From Octopus sinensis (lineage: Eukaryota), in NCBI RefSeq assembly GCF_006345805.1, contig NC_043003.1, forward strand, positions 71,486,001-71,550,000: DNA of 64,000 bases. The letters are read 5' to 3'. Made by a program: the position numbers and the translations under genes. Under the pieces are notes generated by a model that saw only the letters and a list, made by a program, of their open reading frames with translations, was not told where the DNA came from and made no database searches. The first letter of the stretch is position 1. Every line of letters begins with the position of its first letter. Below, one piece after another: positions 1 to 13,026 of this stretch.

Positions 1-59
1 GTTTACAATAAAAGTAGTAGTAAACCGCCCTGTAGTACCTATCTGCAGCTAGATACATG

Positions 60-420
60 AAACTAAACAAAGTTTGATCTATGAGGTTGTTTATCCTCAA
101 TTTCTGTAATTGATGTCTGTCAGAAATGATGAATAGGAAGAGAATTCCAGGATGCTGCAGGTAACTTTGAATAAAAGAACAAGAACTGGAGAATGAGACT
201 TGGCACAAGTGATGAGTTGAAGACATAGTGATAGTAGTCTGTTCCAGGTTAAAAGAACATAAATTTTGTCATACCAATAGAGGAAACATAGGAATGATGG
301 TACTGTTTTTAAAAGTGTTTGTAGTTCTATCAATTGCACGATTCCAGATATGCAAGAAGTACTCTGAAGTAGGTTATACATGTACTCTGTAGAGGTTCAG
401 CAACTATTCAGAATTAAAAC
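60..420 (-). mobile_element. CR1/L2-type LINE ORF2 C-terminal remnant
   Basis: Minus-strand frames read PTSEYFLHIWNRAI (cf. PxMEYCSHIW) and SWNSLP, typical of the CR1/L2 ORF2 tail; frameshifted. Confidence 0.65.
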
Positions 421-649
421 AATTTCTGGCGTCGAAAGAAAGATCCCAATTTTTGAAAATTTGTTTTGATTGTGTTATAAATAAATAAGATATATTTGTT
501 TTTGAAATCTTATTTGAAAGAACACAGGATAAAGATATATCATTAAAACTCTTGCGAATGGTGATGATAATGATGACATCAATAAAGGAATGTTTATTGT
601 TATAATACTGATTTGCTAATAATATTTACTCACTATTTTAACACAAAAT

Positions 650-1005
650 ATTCATGTTCTACAGCTTATACTATAAAATCTTGATTCTCACAGTTAACAC
701 TATATAGTCTCAGTTCCCACAGGGAACACAGTATAATTTTAATTCTTGCAGTTAACATAATATAATCTTAATTCCCACACTATATAATGTTAAAAAATTC
801 CCATATAATCATGATTCCTATAGTCAACACTGTATAATTTCAATTCCCTCACAACACTATATAGTCTCAAATCCCATGAGTAACACTGTATAATCTTAAT
901 TCTTAACAATTCCTGTACTTAATGTTACACAACCTCAATTCTCACAGTTAACTTAATACCTAGTTAACACCATATAATTCTAACTCAACTCATACAGTTA
1001 ACATT
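650..1005. repeat. Degenerate ~29-bp minisatellite (ttaattcccacagttaacactatataatc-like)
   Basis: Successive units ttgattctcacagttaacactatatagtc / tcagttcccacagggaacacagtataatt / ttaattcttgcagttaacataatataatc; about 10-12 diverged copies. Confidence 0.75.
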
Positions 1006-2779
1006 TTCTGAAGCAACAAGGTCCATTATCCATCTAAAGAAAGTCTCTAGAATTTGCAAGAAGAGTCTTGTGCCAAAGAAATGTAAGGGAAAGTTACAAA
1101 TAGAACCAAATAATGAGGAAAAAGATGAGTAAAATGAGAGGATATTTGATGACAGTCATATGTTGATGGCCACATGTTAAAAGGTAACAAGTTGATACTA
1201 TTTTTCTGTTCTTGCAATCTATCATTTCTGCTCATTCAGCCTCATTTTTTACCTTTTTGAGTTACTGATCTCTTTTGGTTAATTATAATGACCATTGGAT
1301 CACAGTAAGTTATTGCTACTTACTTTATCAGTCCAGGAGGAATAACATGTAAATTTGTCTCAGGTTTAAAACTCAAGAGAGGCAAAACTAAATACTGGTA
1401 GACCTTTAGTACCACCTGCTGCTGTTTCTGACAACTGAGTAACTTTTATGCATAAAAGGAACGACTAAGATGAATACAAACCCCCTCTATGTTATTACTA
1501 TTTATTTAGGAAAGACAAAGTTGGATGTGGTGCAGCTTGAACTCAAAATATAAAGCAGTATCTTAAATAGTGCAGGGCATTTTGTCTAATTCTCCAACCA
1601 CTCTGCTAATCCTCCAACCTTTTATACTTCTCAGAAAAATTAATCTAAACATTGTAATGACATTAAAATAATCTAACATCTTAAAAAAGTCTTTAAATTA
1701 TTGCATTGATTATATATATACACACACATACATATATATATATAATCTGTACTATAATGGAGAAAGCTGCTTATTAACTAGGTATGTAACAATTACTAAA
1801 AGTACTAAAAGAAAGCAATTATCAAAGGGTTGACTGTCTGGAAATATTTTTATAAATTCATGTTCTAAGAAATTAACTATAATTTCAATTTCTCAAGTTT
1901 ATAGAATTTTGTAAACTCCAATTTTTTGCATATTTAAATATTCATTGCCTTCACTGCGTCCAATTCTTCCTAAATTTAAATATTTGCTGCATTTACTGTG
2001 GAGTATTCCATTTTTATTTGCAAAGTCTCACTTTCTCTTTTAATGTTTTCATTTCAAGTTTTAATTCACTATTTGGAAAACTGACAGTTTATTCTATTAA
2101 TGTATACATAATGTAAAAACATTATTTATTGAATGAAAATTTTTTAAAATACCCATATAATTTTTGTAAAAAAAATTTAGAAGTGATTTTGTTGTTATGG
2201 CTATTTGGAACACTATAAGCCTTACAATAATAACAATCCGGACCAAGTTTGGCCATTTTCCCTTTCCATTCTTACATGTATCGACGTTTTTTCAATATTT
2301 TTCTCCCATTAAGCACATTTTATTAAATGATGATGGCAAAGTAACACACGTGTAGGCCATTGGTAGAAAGAAAACAACAAAATAAATTGCAATCTAAATT
2401 TTTACCCCCACCGTTGCTTTGAAACTGTGACCTGTACACTGACAAAACTTCATGCTGCATCACTTAGTGAATTTTTGTAAGTGAACAGATCACTGTTTCA
2501 AAGTGGCAAAAATATTTTGCCATAAATTAAATTTAAATGTTGAAGTGAAACTAACAGAGGGCAGAGAGTGGAGTTGCAAAAAACTCATAATTTCTCAAAT
2601 TTTTATTTTTATAGCATATAAATGTATCTATGGGGAAAAAATATTAATAAACATCAATACATGCGAGAGTGATAAAGAAATGAGGAGGGTTGTCCTTAGA
2701 AATGCTAGACACAATAGCCAAATTGCCCTTAAATCACTCACTTTCCCTCTGAATATATTAACAATCTTTTCTTTTTTAC

Positions 2780-3260
2780 TGAAAATGCTCTTACCATGGT
2801 TTTGAAGTACAAAAAAAAAATTGGCCAAAACAGGTCTGAAGTGGAATGATGAGGGAGGGGTGGGGTTATAAAAAAAAAGTTTACAAAACTATTTTTAATA
2901 CAAAGATGCCCCCCACCAATCCCATCATTTTGAAGGCTGTGGTTTAAAAAAAATGGGGAAAATCCCTGAAAAAATTTTCCCCACAAATTTCTTTAAAATC
3001 ATAATCTATGCTGTTTGAAAGGGATTTGTATAAATTTTCATTAAGAAATACTCATCTTCCTGAAAGTTATGAGAGAAAAAGTCAGATCATGTGAATTTTC
3101 TAAAACTCTTCTCTCCACCCCCTCAGAAAAATTCTTTCCAATAAATCTTTATATACTCTGAAGTCAAACATCTAAGCGGTATTTGTAGAAAATTTTGTTA
3201 AAAAGTATCCATTTTTCTGGATATTATGAGGCAACAAATTCAGGGGCATATATATATGTA
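2780..3260 (+). mobile_element. Possible non-autonomous Helentron/HINE-like repeat
   Basis: ~155-bp internal tandem duplication (3020-3072 vs 3175-3230, ...atttgta.aaattt...ttatgag), resembling molluscan HINE central repeats; ends not defined. Confidence 0.35.
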
Positions 3261-4949
3261 GTAATACCCTTTTATTTATACGATTTTTTCATTTCATGTT
3301 TACTTCATTCATTGTTTGCAATGTTATCTCTCTCCACTCTCTCTCTCTCACACACACACTGCAAAAGCTGAATTGTAATCTCTATGTTGCTTTGAGGAGA
3401 AGGTAAAACTTGCCAAATTGCTTCTCCTTCAGTAACTGATCTACTGTGATGTTTGTTTAAAAGAGAGACAAAAGAAACTGATAAAATAATGAAAGCAATA
3501 TTTACTAAGCAAGTGAGCACTATTATACAAAGAAATAATTAGACATAAAATATAAAAATTATTAGAATTAGGGATCAAATGCGAAAATATTATTAAGGGG
3601 CTAGCAGAAAACTGCCCAGATGTCAGTGCAATCATTTAAAGACATTTTTATACATACACACACACATATAAATATATATATACACACATACATACACATT
3701 TACAAATTACAATAAAAATTGAATGATAGAATGGTATTTCTAAAGAAGGAAACAGTAATGGAAAGAAAACAGAAATTTCGCATCATTTAAATCAACAATG
3801 CCTTAAAGAAACTGTTATTCCAGTGTCAATTGAGTAATGATTAACCTACTTAAGATCATTAAGAGATCATTGTCATATTTTTCATAAATTTGCAACATTA
3901 CTTTTCCTGTAATACATAATTTTATAATTAAATCATAAAAATATTTAAGTAAATAAATGGCATAATCTTTTTTGTAATTAAACTTTATTGAGTGCAACAG
4001 CTTTATCTCATCTAACTAAAATGCTTTTGGGTAAAATAAAGAAACTTCAAATTTTTACTTTGATACATGAACGAGTTCCCTATAACTGGTAAATTTCAAG
4101 ATATCAAATAATTCCTCCAACAGAAATATTAATAAACAGCAAATGTGAATTTAAGGCTGTCATTATATTCTAGAAAATGAAAGCAGAATTTATTCCATTT
4201 TACCTGCTCATATTTTTGTGTTACTTATATCTGAACAAATGAAAAATCTAAATAATAGTTAAATGTAGAACAATGGAGTGAATTAGAATTGAAATCTATA
4301 CCAATTAATGGAATGCCTTTTCTCTATATGAGTTTTCAATTGGCAAATTACAACTGGCTCCAACTAATGTCTTTTTGTAATTGTTCTGTATATTTCTTCT
4401 TATTTTATCTCCTAAAAATTATTTTCTTAAAACATATTCTCTTCCTCTTTAGTAGCTAGAGATATTTATGAATCATGGTCAACCATTAACAATTCCATTA
4501 TCACTGATATTATCTGTCCAATTTGAGATATTAATGCAGAAATCAAGCTGAAACAGTGTGTTGTTGATTTCTTTATTGTAAAATATTAAACATTGGAACC
4601 ATTCTGTTCTATTTCAAGCTGTCTACACTGTTTTATTATTAATAGTTGAAATCACTTCTAACTGAAACAATGCAACATAACATTTTAATTCCAGTTTCAT
4701 ACAAGAAATAATTGCATCACACTTCACTAATTTTGTAAAATGAACCTACTTTAAAAGCTCTTTAAAACAGCTGTCACATTTGTGGATTTGTATTTATTCA
4801 AATTGATGTCTGATATTAGAATATCCCCATCATTATTTGAACATTTATTTTTCTGTGTTGGTGTGGGTTGGTCAGCTTTGCAGTAGAGCATATCACGAAT
4901 TTGTGGCCTCATTTTGAGTTTTTGCTATTAAAAATTGTGAGAACCAATA

Positions 4950-5081
4950 CACTTGGTCCGAAACCACCTGCTTTCAGGGTGGTTTCCAAGTAGCAATGGT
5001 CAACCCCATCTAACGCTTTTGATTGATCCAAATTGATCAGAACACCCCTGAAACCAGCTTTGGCCCCTGCCCTCTCTGTGA
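4950..5081 (-). mobile_element. L1/Tx1-clade RT fragment (downstream half of a split element)
   Basis: Reads ITERAGAKAGFRGVLINLDQSKALDGVDHCYL...GFGP, matching the Tx1 RT motif LDQxKAFDRVDH. Confidence 0.75.
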
Positions 5082-6800
5082 TCATCATCATCACCATTTA
5101 ACATCCGCTTTCCATGCTGGCATGGGTTGGATGGTTTGACTGAGGACTGGTGAACCAGAGGCTGCACCAGGCTCAATCTGATCTGGCAAAGTTTCTACAG
5201 CTGGATGCCCTTCCTAATGCCAACCACTCTGAGAGTGTAGAGGGTGCTTTTTATGTGCCACTGGCACGACGGCCAGTCAAGCAGTTCTGGCAATGACTAT
5301 GCTCATGCTCAAAAGGCGCTTTTACATGCTACCTGCATAGGAGCCAGTCCGGCAGCATTGGCAACGACCATGCTCGAACGTTGTTTTTCACATGCTACCA
5401 GCACTCATGCTGATAAGGCGATGCTGGCTACGATCATGCTCAAATGGTGCTTTTCATGTGTCACTGGTATGGGAGCCAATCTGTAGCCCTGGCAACGGTC
5501 ACGTTCAGATGTGCTTTAAATGTTCCACTGGCACGAGTGCCAATCAGGTGGTACTATCATCGGCCATGTCAGCGATTTTGGTTTGTTTACACTTGCCCCA
5601 ATAGGTCTTCACAAGCAAAGTTCATGGTCCAATGAATGAGGGGTACTCATAAGTGGGCCAGTTACACCCTATGTTCAGATGTGCTTTTAATGTTCCACTG
5701 GCATGAGTGCTAATCAGGCGGTACTGTCGGTGACCATGTCAGCAATTTTGATTTTGATTTCACTTGCCTCAACAGGTCTTCACAAGCAAGGGTTATTGTC
5801 CAATGAATGAGGGGTATTCATAAATGGGCTGGTTACACCCACTAGCATAGGCCATGGGCTATGGTCTCACTTGGCTTGTTGGGTCTTCTCAAATACAGCA
5901 TATCTCCAAAAGTTCCTGGTCACTAGTCATTACCTCAGTAAGGCCCTCAGCTGCTAGGGTGTGACACTTTTTTACACAGCTGTCCTCATTCATTCGCAAC
6001 ACATGACCATACCAGCGCAGTCATCTCTCTTGAACACCACATCTGATGCTTCTTAAATCCAACATTTCTCTCAGGGCGCTTATACTCTGTCGTGTATGCA
6101 CACTGACATTACACATCCAGCGGAGCATACTGGCTTCATTCCTTGTAAGCTTACGCATGTCCTCAGCAGTTACGGCTCATGTTTCACTGCCATGTAGCAT
6201 GGCAGTTCGCACACATGCAGTCTACCTTTTACTCTGAGTGAGAGGCCCTTTGTCACCAGCAGAGGAAGGAGCTCTCTGAACTTTGCCCAGGCTATTCTTA
6301 TTCTAGCAGCTATACTTTTAGAGCATCCACTCCTGGTACTGACTTGGTCCCCTAAGTAACGGAAGCTATCAACTACTTCTAGTTTTTCTCCTTGGAATTT
6401 AATAGAAGCTGTTCTCTGCACATTTTCTGTATTTATAGCACCTGAGCATTTGCCACATACAAAAACTATCTTCCTAGTTAACCTCCCTTTGATATTGCTG
6501 CACCTCTTATGTGTCCATAGCTTACACTGGGTACATCTTATGGAGTTTCTACCTATGCCTTTTCTACAGATCGAGCAGAGTCATCTACCTGTAGGGATTT
6601 GTGGTTTGTCTGCCTTCCTACTTATTAACACTTTGGTTTTGCTAGGTTGACTCTAAGGCCCTTGAATTCTAATCCTTGTTTCCACACCAGAAACTTTTCC
6701 TCTAGTTCTGATAGTGACTTGGCAATTAGAGCAAGGTCATCAGCATAGAGGAGCTCCAAGGGGCACCCAGTCTCGAATTCCTCTGTTATTGCCTGGAGGA
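5082..6800 (-). mobile_element. 5'-truncated RTE-clade LINE (RT C-terminus, 3' UTR, (GAT)n tail)
   Basis: GCPLELLYADDLALIA near 6722-6767; LEVVDSFRYLGDQ...ARIRIAWAKFRELLPLL (6170-6421); tandem-repeat 3' UTR; (CAT)n tail on the + strand from ~5081. Confidence 0.9.
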
Positions 6801-6910
6801 CTATGAAATATCACATAAAGTGGAGGTTGTCATGGATAGACCTACTCAGGTTTGCACTTCCCTGACCAAGCTACTGATGACAAGTGCCAGACTTTTTGCA
6901 AACACCTTTG
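6801..6910 (-). mobile_element. L1/Tx1-clade RT fragment (upstream half of a split element)
   Basis: Reads VFAKSLALVISSLVREVQT...RSIHDNLHFM*Y, which continues directly into the 4950-5081 fragment. Confidence 0.7.
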
Positions 6911-7494
6911 TATGAATATTTGTGCTTTTGCCTTCTTTCTGCATCAGTTTGCTGTTGCTCTTGTGAATGACTGTGAAGTTGATGAGGCGTTTGGGTTCTC
7001 TACTAAGTTGTACAAGTTTTTCTTGTGATTGTTGTTTCTCTTTGTGTATTTGTTTCTGTTTTGGTGCTTTTTGTAGTTGTGTTTCAATGAGTGTGCATTG
7101 TTTTTGTTATTGAGATTTGGTTGAGTGTGTCGGTATTTTTGTTAGTGTAGCTGATGGATTAGGTGAATTTTCCTGGCCCTGTCTCTTCACTTTCAGCTTA
7201 GGATGGCCTTGTCTTCTATTTTACTTCTTTTTCCCAACAGAAAATAGAAGGATGGCCTTCAGCAGGTTTTCTAGATAACTTTAACACTACAGTGAGAAAC
7301 ATTGGTCAGGATGGGGATGATGTCTAAGAAATACATATAAATTACCTAACTTTATATATATGTATATATGCTTTTTCATTTCATTAAATTTTAAAATCTT
7401 TTGCCTTTTAAAATTTTATTTTATTCAGCTATTTATTTTTTATAATTTTATAATTTTTATTGGTGTTATTATTGTCGTTGTTGTTGTTATTATT

Positions 7495-7710
7495 GCTGGC
7501 AGAATTGTTAGCACACTCAGTGAAATGTTTAGTGGTATTTTGTCTGTCTTCACATTCTGAGTTCAAACTCCTCCAAGGTGGACTTAGCCTTTCATTATTT
7601 TGGGGTTGATAAATTAAGTACCAGTGAAACACTGGGGTCGATGTAATTGACTGGCCCCCTCCTACAAAATTTCAGGCCTTGTGCATATAGTAAAAAGGAC
7701 TATTATTATT
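7495..7710 (+). mobile_element. Nin/Deu-domain tRNA-derived SINE
   Basis: gagttcaaactcc B-box-like head, core gcctttcatt...ggggttgataaattaagtaccag, (ATT)n flanks. Confidence 0.75.
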
Positions 7711-8344
7711 ATTGCTTAAAATGACCTTTTATTTTGTAAAATTCCTTTAGTTCTTTTAATTTTTAGTTTAATGTTAATTTTATAAATGAGTTTAATTTGA
7801 AATTACATCCAGCCACCACTGTTATTTGACTTTAAATAACTCAATTTGATTTTATCTTATTTCAACCTCACATCTCTCAATCTATCAGTATTTTATATGC
7901 TAGCTAGCCTAAGTTTTCTAAACCTTTCCACCATAATATGATTACTACTGATATGTCATTCATTTTCTAATACAATTCCCCTGCTATGCAAGAGAGTACT
8001 AATGACTGTAAATGGTCATGTCAAAATTTAACACAACATTTGGAGACCATCTATCCTAAAAGCAATGCAAATATGTTCACGTGTGTTGACCTGATTATAT
8101 AATGTTTTATGAATGACCTTTTCCCAAATTTCGGCCATCCTATCCCTCATCTTCAATTGAGTGAACCTTCCTCTATTCTTTGTATTTCTTCCTCTCTTTC
8201 CTTTTTTCTATTCACTTAAATACTTCCCTTCCAAATCGTAATTTGCTTTCCCTTTCTTCTTTATCTCTATTTCACTTGCCTCTTTCTTTCTCTTTCCCTC
8301 CCTCCCCTATTCTTTCATTGTTCTGCTTTGTAATAAGCAGAAAT

Positions 8345-8466
8345 GGCTCTGACAAAAGTAGCATTAACTTTTTAGGTCGTTCAATTTTTCTCAACTTATC
8401 GATAGACCAGTTGAATAAACCTCTCAGTAATGTACCTATAATGACTACTGGAAACAGCTGTAAGCC
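8345..8466 (+). ncRNA. Degenerate type I hammerhead ribozyme in a solo PLE pLTR-like unit
   Basis: Stem I ggct/agcc; core ctgacaa (CUGACGA with one change); stem II agtagcatta/taatgactact; GAAAC-agct-GTA; aataaa just downstream. Confidence 0.65.
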
Positions 8467-8534
8467 AAATTTACTCTAATAAAGGCAAAATATATAACGA
8501 CCTTTATTTATACCTTGTCACACATACATACATA

Positions 8535-8682
8535 TATATGGTCTACTAAATCCACTCACAAAAGTTTGATCAGCTTGAGGCTATAGTAGCTGCCACTTGC
8601 CCAAGGTGCTGCACAGTGGGATTGAACCCGAGACCACATGGTTGGAAAGCAAGCTCTTTAACTACACAGCCATGCTTGTGCC
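8535..8682 (-). mobile_element. OK/OR-type tRNA-SINE, 5' part
   Basis: Reverse complement of the head of the SINE at 25804. Confidence 0.8.
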
Positions 8683-9514
8683 TAATATGAAATAAAAGTG
8701 GAACCTACTTTCAACCAAATAAATTTAGGCAGACAAAAATATGTGCTTTGTTCATTGCCTAGGGATACAATACTTAGCTGTGTTATGAAGATTTGATATT
8801 GTAACTAAAGTAAGTAGTTGAGCAGCTTCCTTGTAAGGCATTGTTCTTAAAGAGATGGTTCTTTACTATAGTTAGGTGATCTCAGCTCAGTCAAAAGTAA
8901 TGACAGAGTTGATGTAGATTGTAATGTTTGCAAAAATTAGATGAAATTCTTTCAATTCAATGGAAATTTAACAATGATGTAACCAAGTGCTTTCAATCTT
9001 AATAGAAACTAAAATATGAGAAATCAAAATAATTTGACTGTAAAGAGAAGAATGCATTTTTATGTTCATATAAAAGAATGATTACTAAATAGTCACGCCT
9101 TCATCCACTTCAGTCTACAATATTCCAATATTCTCACACACACACACATTCTCTGTACTTTGTACAATTCTGTACCATTCTTTACATAAGCCCACTCTAT
9201 ACCCTCTCCTCTTCCACATTAATCAACCTAGTTGTGTTACTCTGGATACTTAAAACCATCAACCCTTCTTCCCAGAGGAACTCTTCTCACTTACATATTC
9301 CTTGAAGTTATCAGCTTACTAGAGCTTAAACTGATCCATATTAACCTACATAATCTCAGATTTGTATAGGTGATATTTTATCATTCAGTTAATGATTTCA
9401 AGAAATTACAGGCATTCTTCCTCTGCACACACATAAATAACCATTTTCAGACTAATATGACAACATATGGCAACACACAACTTGTGAGGCTAACAAGTTT
9501 TTTTGTTTCTTTTT

Positions 9515-9660
9515 AAATACATGGCCTTGGGTTCAGTCCAACTGTGTGCCCCCTTGGACAAATATCTTTTGCTTCAACTTTGGGTTGACGGAAGCTTTGT
9601 AAGTAGAATTTGATAGTTAGAAACTGTATGGAAGTCCTTTGGAAAGACTTACTGATTTTG
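9515..9660 (+). mobile_element. Degenerate OK/OR-type SINE fragment
   Basis: gggttcagtcca...ccttggacaa...gtagaatttgatag..gaaactg resembles the SINE head and core at 25804. Confidence 0.6.
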
Positions 9661-10574
9661 AGTGGTAGACTTAATTTGTTCAACCCAAAACCTTGTCTTT
9701 GGGTGCTTTTACAGGAACCATTCTGTTGCAAGTATTGAAGCCAAGTCTTCAGTTTGAGAGTAATTTATGACAGTCATGGGATTTGACCTTTCTCCTTTGA
9801 TACAAAAACATTGTTAATTTATGAAGAGAAACTGAGTAGAAGTAGCAGTAGTTTTGAAATATTCTGAAGAGAGAAAGAGAGAGAGAGTGTGTGTGTGTGT
9901 GTATTGTTGATTCGTTGCTCTGGATACTACAATAGTTATTTTCTCCAATGCTGAGAGAGAGAGAGAGAGGGGGGGAGTGGAATTAATCTGTCAGAAGAAT
10001 AAAGACATCTGTATTAACTGTATTAACATTAAAACACACATGAAGAAATAAGAGGTTTGGGAAAACTTAGTAATAACTGTGATGAGAAAAAGAACTGCAA
10101 AACAGATAAAAACGGTAAAATTTCTTGGTGTGTATAGAGAATAATGGCCAGACAACTTTTACAGCAGACAATGAGATGTATGCAAATATTTACTTGTTTT
10201 TTTTTTGTTTTTGTTTTTCTAGGATAAAGAAATAATGCCTTCCTTCTCTAAATATTTTAGAAGCATTTTAAATACTATTTTTTTATAATGCATTTCAATA
10301 GAGTATGTCTAATAAGTATAGCTTTGTTTACAATAATGTTTACATGATTTTCAGGTTTTAGCATTATTTTATGACATGATAGCCACTTGAGTCAATGCTA
10401 AATCTAAGCAGTTGTCAAACAATCAGTTATTTCATTTTTTTTTTATTTTTCTTCTGTTTTGTAATATTCAGTCAAGATCTTAATTGTTGTTGATGCTTGT
10501 TTAGCCTTGAATCAGCTGACAGAGTAGACACGTGACCAAAGGTATTCAAACTGAAACTATCTTGTCTAGTTTTG

Positions 10575-10840
10575 TTTAACTCTTTAACATTTAAACCAGA
10601 CATATATTCTACTTGTTCTATATCAAAATTGGCCAAATCTGGCTTCTCACATCTACCAGATAATGTTATTCGAAACAAAAAATTGCATCATTAAAATCTT
10701 AAAATTACGATATAATGCATGTTTAATTCAAAACAATGTGAATAAATAAGAATTACAACCCATGCTAGCATGGAAAGCGGACGTTAAACGATGATGATGA
10801 TGATGATGATTTGACAGAATAGTCTGCTAAAAGGCTAAGA
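10575..10840. mobile_element. piggyBac-like MITE interrupted by a short RTE tail (10757-10810, +)
   Basis: Degenerate TTAA-type ends ttaactcttt...ctaaaaggctaa; insert aacccatgctagcatggaaagcggacgttaaacgat(gat)n. Confidence 0.5.
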
Positions 10841-10939
10841 AGTAGGTAGAGATACAATATCTAATGTATCTTTGCTCTTTCACTGAAGGCTTGGTATGCC
10901 CTTTACTCACTAACTTAGACAAAACATCAACTTTCTTCT

Positions 10940-11170
10940 CATTCTAAATTTGGTGATGCAAGCCAAAGAAGGGACTGGGGCATTCATGTGGTTAATTGAT
11001 ATTCCAAAAACAGCTACAAAATCTTTTCAGATCACATCCTATTCTATAAAAATACTAAGAAGGGAGGATATTTGGAAAATGTAGCTGTACATAAAAAGAT
11101 GTGATGACCATAACTGGAATACTTTTGACCATAAGCCAGTTTGATCAAGACTGGCATAGAGCAATACAAC
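10940..11170 (+). mobile_element. Degenerate SINE-like repeat; an inverted partial copy lies at ~10485-10560
   Basis: 3' part ...actggaatacttttgaccata...caatacaac is reverse-similar to tgttgttg...tgaccaaaggtattc at 10485-10550. Confidence 0.45.
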
Positions 11171-12052
11171 ACTGGTAGTATTTGGTCAATGTAATTCTAA
11201 CTTTACTATAACAAATCTAGATTTTGAATTTAACAATAGAACTTCATAAATACAGTTATTGTCTTTGTAGTGATTAATTCAGTATCATGTCTGATTAACT
11301 CCTTACAATGGCAGAACAGCATCATTAAGAATGGTGGACAAATAAATTACACTGAATAGATCAGACTAATCTCTAAACTTAATACAACACAATACATTAA
11401 GGTGGTGAGTAGTATTGTTATTTTGACTCTTTGGAAAGCAAAGCATAATGTAAAATAATGAAAGGATTTCTGATGGAAAGAAGTTATTGATTATAAATTA
11501 CTGTAATATTCAAAGTATCTGCATGTTTTAATTGAGAAAATCGAAGAAAAATAGAGGTGATAAGAACATCTGTATATTCTTTGTTGAATATCAAAGAATT
11601 CTTATAAAATGTTGTCTTCCCATAAAAGCAAGGAAAAGACGTAAAGTTTTTTTACAGTGGAAAAGGTCAGATAACTGTGACTAGGACTGAATAAGCAATA
11701 CTAATTGCAAGAAGTTTCTCTTTGTTATCTGTTTTATATTTATTGATCTCAAGAGAAAGATTGCTTCCAATGTTTAATGGTTTGTCGCTGAAAGAATGCC
11801 ATAATATGCAAATTGTTGAGTTAGAAATGGAACCAACCATATACGCCTACCAGCCTGCCTGCCTATGATATATATATTTTTTAATATTTAGCAGAAAGCA
11901 ACATAGTGACTCAAGGGCTGAGAGTTTTGAGTGTTGGCTCTTATCAAAGTTTGATGATAATAAAACTATACATATACTTATATTTTGAGCTCTATTTTCC
12001 TTGTTTGTATCACCACGCGCGTGCGTGCATGTGTGAGAGTGAGTGAAAGAGA

Positions 12053-12300
12053 GAGGACACATGATCTAGTGGTTAGGGTGTTGCACTCACAATCATGAGG
12101 TCATGGTTTCAGGTCCTAGGTGCATTGTGTTCTTGAGCAAAACACTTCATTTCATGTTGCTCTGTGATCACTTTGACACCTGACATGTGGTACACCAAGC
12201 ACTTGTTCTGGCAATGTTGATCTGATGGAGAGGGTGAGCTAATGTACAACATATACATTTTGATCACTATAAATAAAATCATTTGTGCGGAGAGTCCATC
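12053..12300 (+). mobile_element. tRNA-derived CORE-like SINE
   Basis: A-box tagtggttagg, B-box-like ggtttcagg, core ttgtgttcttgagcaaaacacttcatttca; same family as 50640-50888. Confidence 0.75.
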
Positions 12301-12558
12301 ATTATCATCAACTTATATATGTATAGATACATATATATACACACACATAGGTGGGTTTTTTCTAATTTTTTATATATATATATATTATATTGTATGAAAT
12401 TTGATTTAGTATTTCTAAATTGAATTTTTTCCCTGTAAGTTTGGATTTATATTCCGTCAAATAATTATTATATATATATATAAATCTGTTAATTCATCTG
12501 AAATGATAAATTATAGGACGTAACATGAATGTAGAGTATGCTTTAATACATTATGTAT

Positions 12559-13026
12559 AACTGAAAGGCTCCAATTTCAAGTACTCAGAGTTACTCATCT
12601 CCTATCATCAGCTGGTAAACAGAGCCTGGTTTTCTTTTGAAATATTCACTGTTTGAATATTTTTTGAAATGTGAAATGGAAGTTTGAAGACAATGCTTAC
12701 CCTTATGTTCTTTGTGAACAATATATTTGCCAAAATGGCTACTTCAAGCTCACATTTTAATTTTATTTGTGGATCTCGTGGTAATATGTTGCATGCAAGA
12801 ACCATATAAACTTCAATAAAGCTGTAGCACATCTTCTATCAGTGATTGTAATAACAGTTTTTGAATATGGGTTCTATTAACCCAATACATGTTTTAAGTT
12901 CATCGTTGCCATTTCATTCAACCTTAGTGCTGTAACAGTTTGAACAAAAGAAAAGCTGGAGTGGTTTTAGCAGTTAATGATTGGAGATGAATAAACTCTG
13001 AGTACTGGGAACTGGAGCCTTCCAGT

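Noticed and set aside
4203-4230. Micro-exon-like segment on the minus strand with a good acceptor and donor
   Set aside because: There are stop codons in all three frames and no other support.
5230-5850. CRISPR-like repeat-spacer appearance
   Set aside because: The spacers are homologous to each other, the array lies in an RTE 3' UTR, and the context is eukaryotic with no cas genes.
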